A stretch of DNA of 64,000 nucleotides from Acidobacteriota bacterium (lineage in GTDB: Bacteria; Acidobacteriota; UBA6911): NCBI GenBank assembly GCA_963664705.1, contig OY761556.1:2720001-2784000 (forward strand). Direction: 5' to 3'. This document shows, one piece after another, positions 61,595-64,000 of this stretch. A model generated the notes under the pieces. That model had not been told where the DNA came from and did not search any database. It saw only the letters and a list, made by a program, of their open reading frames with translations. The stretch's first letter is position 1, and each line of letters starts with the position of its first letter. A program made the position numbers and the translations under genes.

Positions 61595-63178
61595 CTACTC
61601 CGCCGGTTTATCGATCTCTATTTGCGGTATTGTGCATATGGTCAAAAACGTCAGCAGCATGGCGACCGCACCCAGGATGAAGCAGATTCTCAAGCCCGCC
61701 TCCATCGAAACACGAATGGCCGCCACCGTCTGATCCACCACCTGGGGGTTGCCGGGACTTTCCTTTTGAAGGGTCCCGCGAAGCGCATCCATGGCTGATT
61801 TCGACATCAGCACCTTGGGATTTCCAATCGAGGTCATGGTTGCCTCGCTGGCCATGCGGGACACCTCTGCCGGCAGTGCCGCTTTGAGGGCACTGTTGTA
61901 TCGCATGTTCATTGCCGATCCGAGGATGGCCGGCGCGATGGCCTGCCCCAGCATGACGCTGAAGAACAAGGCTCCCATCGAAACGCCCAGCAGCCTCTTC
62001 GGAACAGCGTACTGTGCGACCAGCGTGTTGATAGTGGGGATAGCGCCCATTCCAATGCCGGCCAGGGTAATTGCGGCAAAGCCCCAGGATATCGGCGTCG
62101 TGACTTTAAAGAGAATCAGGAAGCACATCACTACCAGCGTCAAACCATAACCGAGAATGAACATCCCTTTGTAACGCTTGGTGCGGGCCAGAAGAAATCC
62201 CGCCGGAATACCGAGGAAGTTCATAAACACGTTGCCCGGAGTCATTATCTGTCCCGTCAGCGTTGCGGAGGCTCCCTGGACTCCCTGCATCATGAGCGGG
62301 TAGTAAATCATCAGTCCTACCATGCCGAAGGAAGAAAGGATACACGCGCATGCAATCGTGACAAACGACCGGTTTTTCAAAACCTCCAGATCCAGGATCG
62401 GCTCCTCCGCGCCGGCTTCGGCCTTTACAAACATTACCCAGGCGATAATGGACACGGCCAGTAAACCCAGCACCTGCACGGAAGCCCACGGATACATGGT
62501 TCCGGCAAGCGAAAAGGTGAGAATCAGCGTCGATGAAGCCACTGCAGCCAACAAGGCTCCGCGGCTGTCGATTTTTGGCTTTTGCGACTGAACCTGCCCG
62601 GATAGGCCAAACATCACCATCAGCAGCGCAATTATCAACAACGGAACGCCGCACCAGAAGATATAGCGCCAGCTGAGACTGTCGACAAACCAGCCGCCCA
62701 GGGTCGGCCCGACAAATGCAAAGAGACCGGCAGGGATGTTGAGAAGCCCGATCCATCGGCTTCTTTGAATAGGGTCGAACATGTCTCCAAGCGCGGAAAA
62801 GCACAGGGGCGCAATTCCTCCCTGTCCGATGCAAAGAAGAGTCCGGGCAATGATGAGCATCATGAAACTTGGAGTCAGGGCGCTCCAGATGGCTCCGACA
62901 AGACATATGCCGAGGCACGCCATCAACACCGCGCGCCGCCCGAACATATCCGACAGTTTCCCGGCAATAAGCATGGAAAACGCCAATCCCAGATTGGGAA
63001 TAGAAACACCCCAGGAATAAAGATGCATGCCGTCGAGATCGGCAGCGACCCGCGGCAGGGCAGACAGCATGATCTGGTAAAAGTACATATATACGAAATA
63101 TGCCAGGAAAACAGTCGTCAGCCCCAAAGCAACTCGGGGTCGCGCTTCAACCGGTTCAGCCATCTTCGGTGTTGCCAT
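61595..63178 (-). CDS. MFS transporter, DHA2 type (paralog of 41744-43336)
   Basis: GKLSDMFGRR; AAGGAG RBS before ATG 63178. Confidence 0.93.
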   Translation of the reverse strand: MATPKMAEPVEARPRVALGLTTVFLAYFVYMYFYQIMLSALPRVAADLDGMHLYSWGVSIPNLGLAFSMLIAGKLSDMFGRRAVLMACLGICLVGAIWSALTPSFMMLIIARTLLCIGQGGIAPLCFSALGDMFDPIQRSRWIGLLNIPAGLFAFVGPTLGGWFVDSLSWRYIFWCGVPLLIIALLMVMFGLSGQVQSQKPKIDSRGALLAAVASSTLILTFSLAGTMYPWASVQVLGLLAVSIIAWVMFVKAEAGAEEPILDLEVLKNRSFVTIACACILSSFGMVGLMIYYPLMMQGVQGASATLTGQIMTPGNVFMNFLGIPAGFLLARTKRYKGMFILGYGLTLVVMCFLILFKVTTPISWGFAAITLAGIGMGAIPTINTLVAQYAVPKRLLGVSMGALFFSVMLGQAIAPAILGSAMNMRYNSALKAALPAEVSRMASEATMTSIGNPKVLMSKSAMDALRGTLQKESPGNPQVVDQTVAAIRVSMEAGLRICFILGAVAMLLTFLTICTIPQIEIDKPAE

Positions 63179-63482
63179 CACGGAAGTCTCCTTATATCGG
63201 AACCTCGGAATAGTCTCCGGAACAGTACGGCCGCGCATCCCCGGCCGGCTGGTGCTGCATGTGCTTGAATGAGGTTTGGTTAATGCGGCTCTTTTGTGCC
63301 ATTGATTGCATTTCAATTGCAAGAACAAAACAGGGCGAGCGCCCCGGGAACACCGCACTCTCGCCGGCAAGAGCAAATCTGCATCCACCGGCCATTGCCA
63401 CAGGGACAGCGGCAATACGCATGCGACCATAGTTCCCGGTGGTATATAATGCGCTCTTCCAGCACATGAGGGAGTCATCGAG

Positions 63483-64000
63483 ATGAAGCTCGTCTACCGA
63501 TTGCGAATAACACTGCTATCATTCTTTGCCTTGGTTTGCGCGTTCAGTTTTTCCCAGGGGCTTGACTACAGAAAGCTTCCCTACATGAATCCGTCGGTCC
63601 CGATCGAAGCCAGGGTGGCGGACCTCGTGGGAAGAATGACTCTGGATGAAAAAATCTCCCAGACACTGAGCAGTGCTCCTGCCATCGAACGACTCGGCAT
63701 CCCGGCATACGATTGGTGGAACGAAGCCTTGCACGGAGTTGCACGAGCCGGCGTGGCAACGGTATTCCCACAGGCGATTGGGCTTGCATCCACGTGGGAT
63801 CCAGGCCAGCTGTTGGATGTAGCTACCGTGATCTCCGATGAAGCCCGCGCCAAGCACCACGAATTCGTTCGCCAGGGACGCCATGGGAGATATGAGGGCC
63901 TGACCTTCTGGTCGCCAAACATCAATATCTTCCGGGATCCCCGCTGGGGTCGCGGCATGGAAACATACGGCGAAGACCCCTATCTGACCGGAAAAATGGC
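63483..64000 (+). CDS. GH3 glycoside hydrolase (N-terminal part, runs off the window)
   Basis: Not in the ORF track. Manual translation: MKLVYRLR signal peptide, WWNEALHGVA, FPQAIGLA, WSPNINIFRDPRWGRGMETYGEDP. Confidence 0.92.
   Translation, partial: MKLVYRLRITLLSFFALVCAFSFSQGLDYRKLPYMNPSVPIEARVADLVGRMTLDEKISQTLSSAPAIERLGIPAYDWWNEALHGVARAGVATVFPQAIGLASTWDPGQLLDVATVISDEARAKHHEFVRQGRHGRYEGLTFWSPNINIFRDPRWGRGMETYGEDPYLTGKM

Noticed and set aside
63284-63301. TGGCAC on the minus strand upstream of the MFS gene as a sigma-54 promoter
   Set aside because: No GC at the required GG-N10-GC spacing.

Overview
Bacterial chromosomal segment, probably from an anaerobic Acidobacteriota-like organism (inferred from gene families and REP types; no marker gene is present). 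Bases ~1-45,000 form a dense, paralog-rich catabolic island. It holds about 12 serine esterases/hydrolases (many secreted), GH3 and GH43 glycosidases, a tannase/feruloyl esterase, two DapA-like aldolases, two UGSC-family proteins without Sec, two AprA-like flavoprotein + AprB-like ferredoxin pairs (one ferredoxin has a twin-arginine leader), a UroD/MtaA-family methyltransferase and DHA2-type MFS transporters. Six intergenic regions share a palindrome, TGTCAC-N6-GTGACA, pointing to a regulon whose regulator is not obvious in the window. The rest holds an ECF sigma cassette, small accessory genes, an intact IS1111-type (IS110 family) element inserted in a REP-like repeat with a readable bridge/seek RNA, a PEP-CTERM gene with a sigma-54 promoter, a TPR protein, a DUF1638-like protein and a PAS/GAF hybrid kinase. 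No rRNA, tRNA or CRISPR array was seen. All calls are by eye from motifs; no database search was run.
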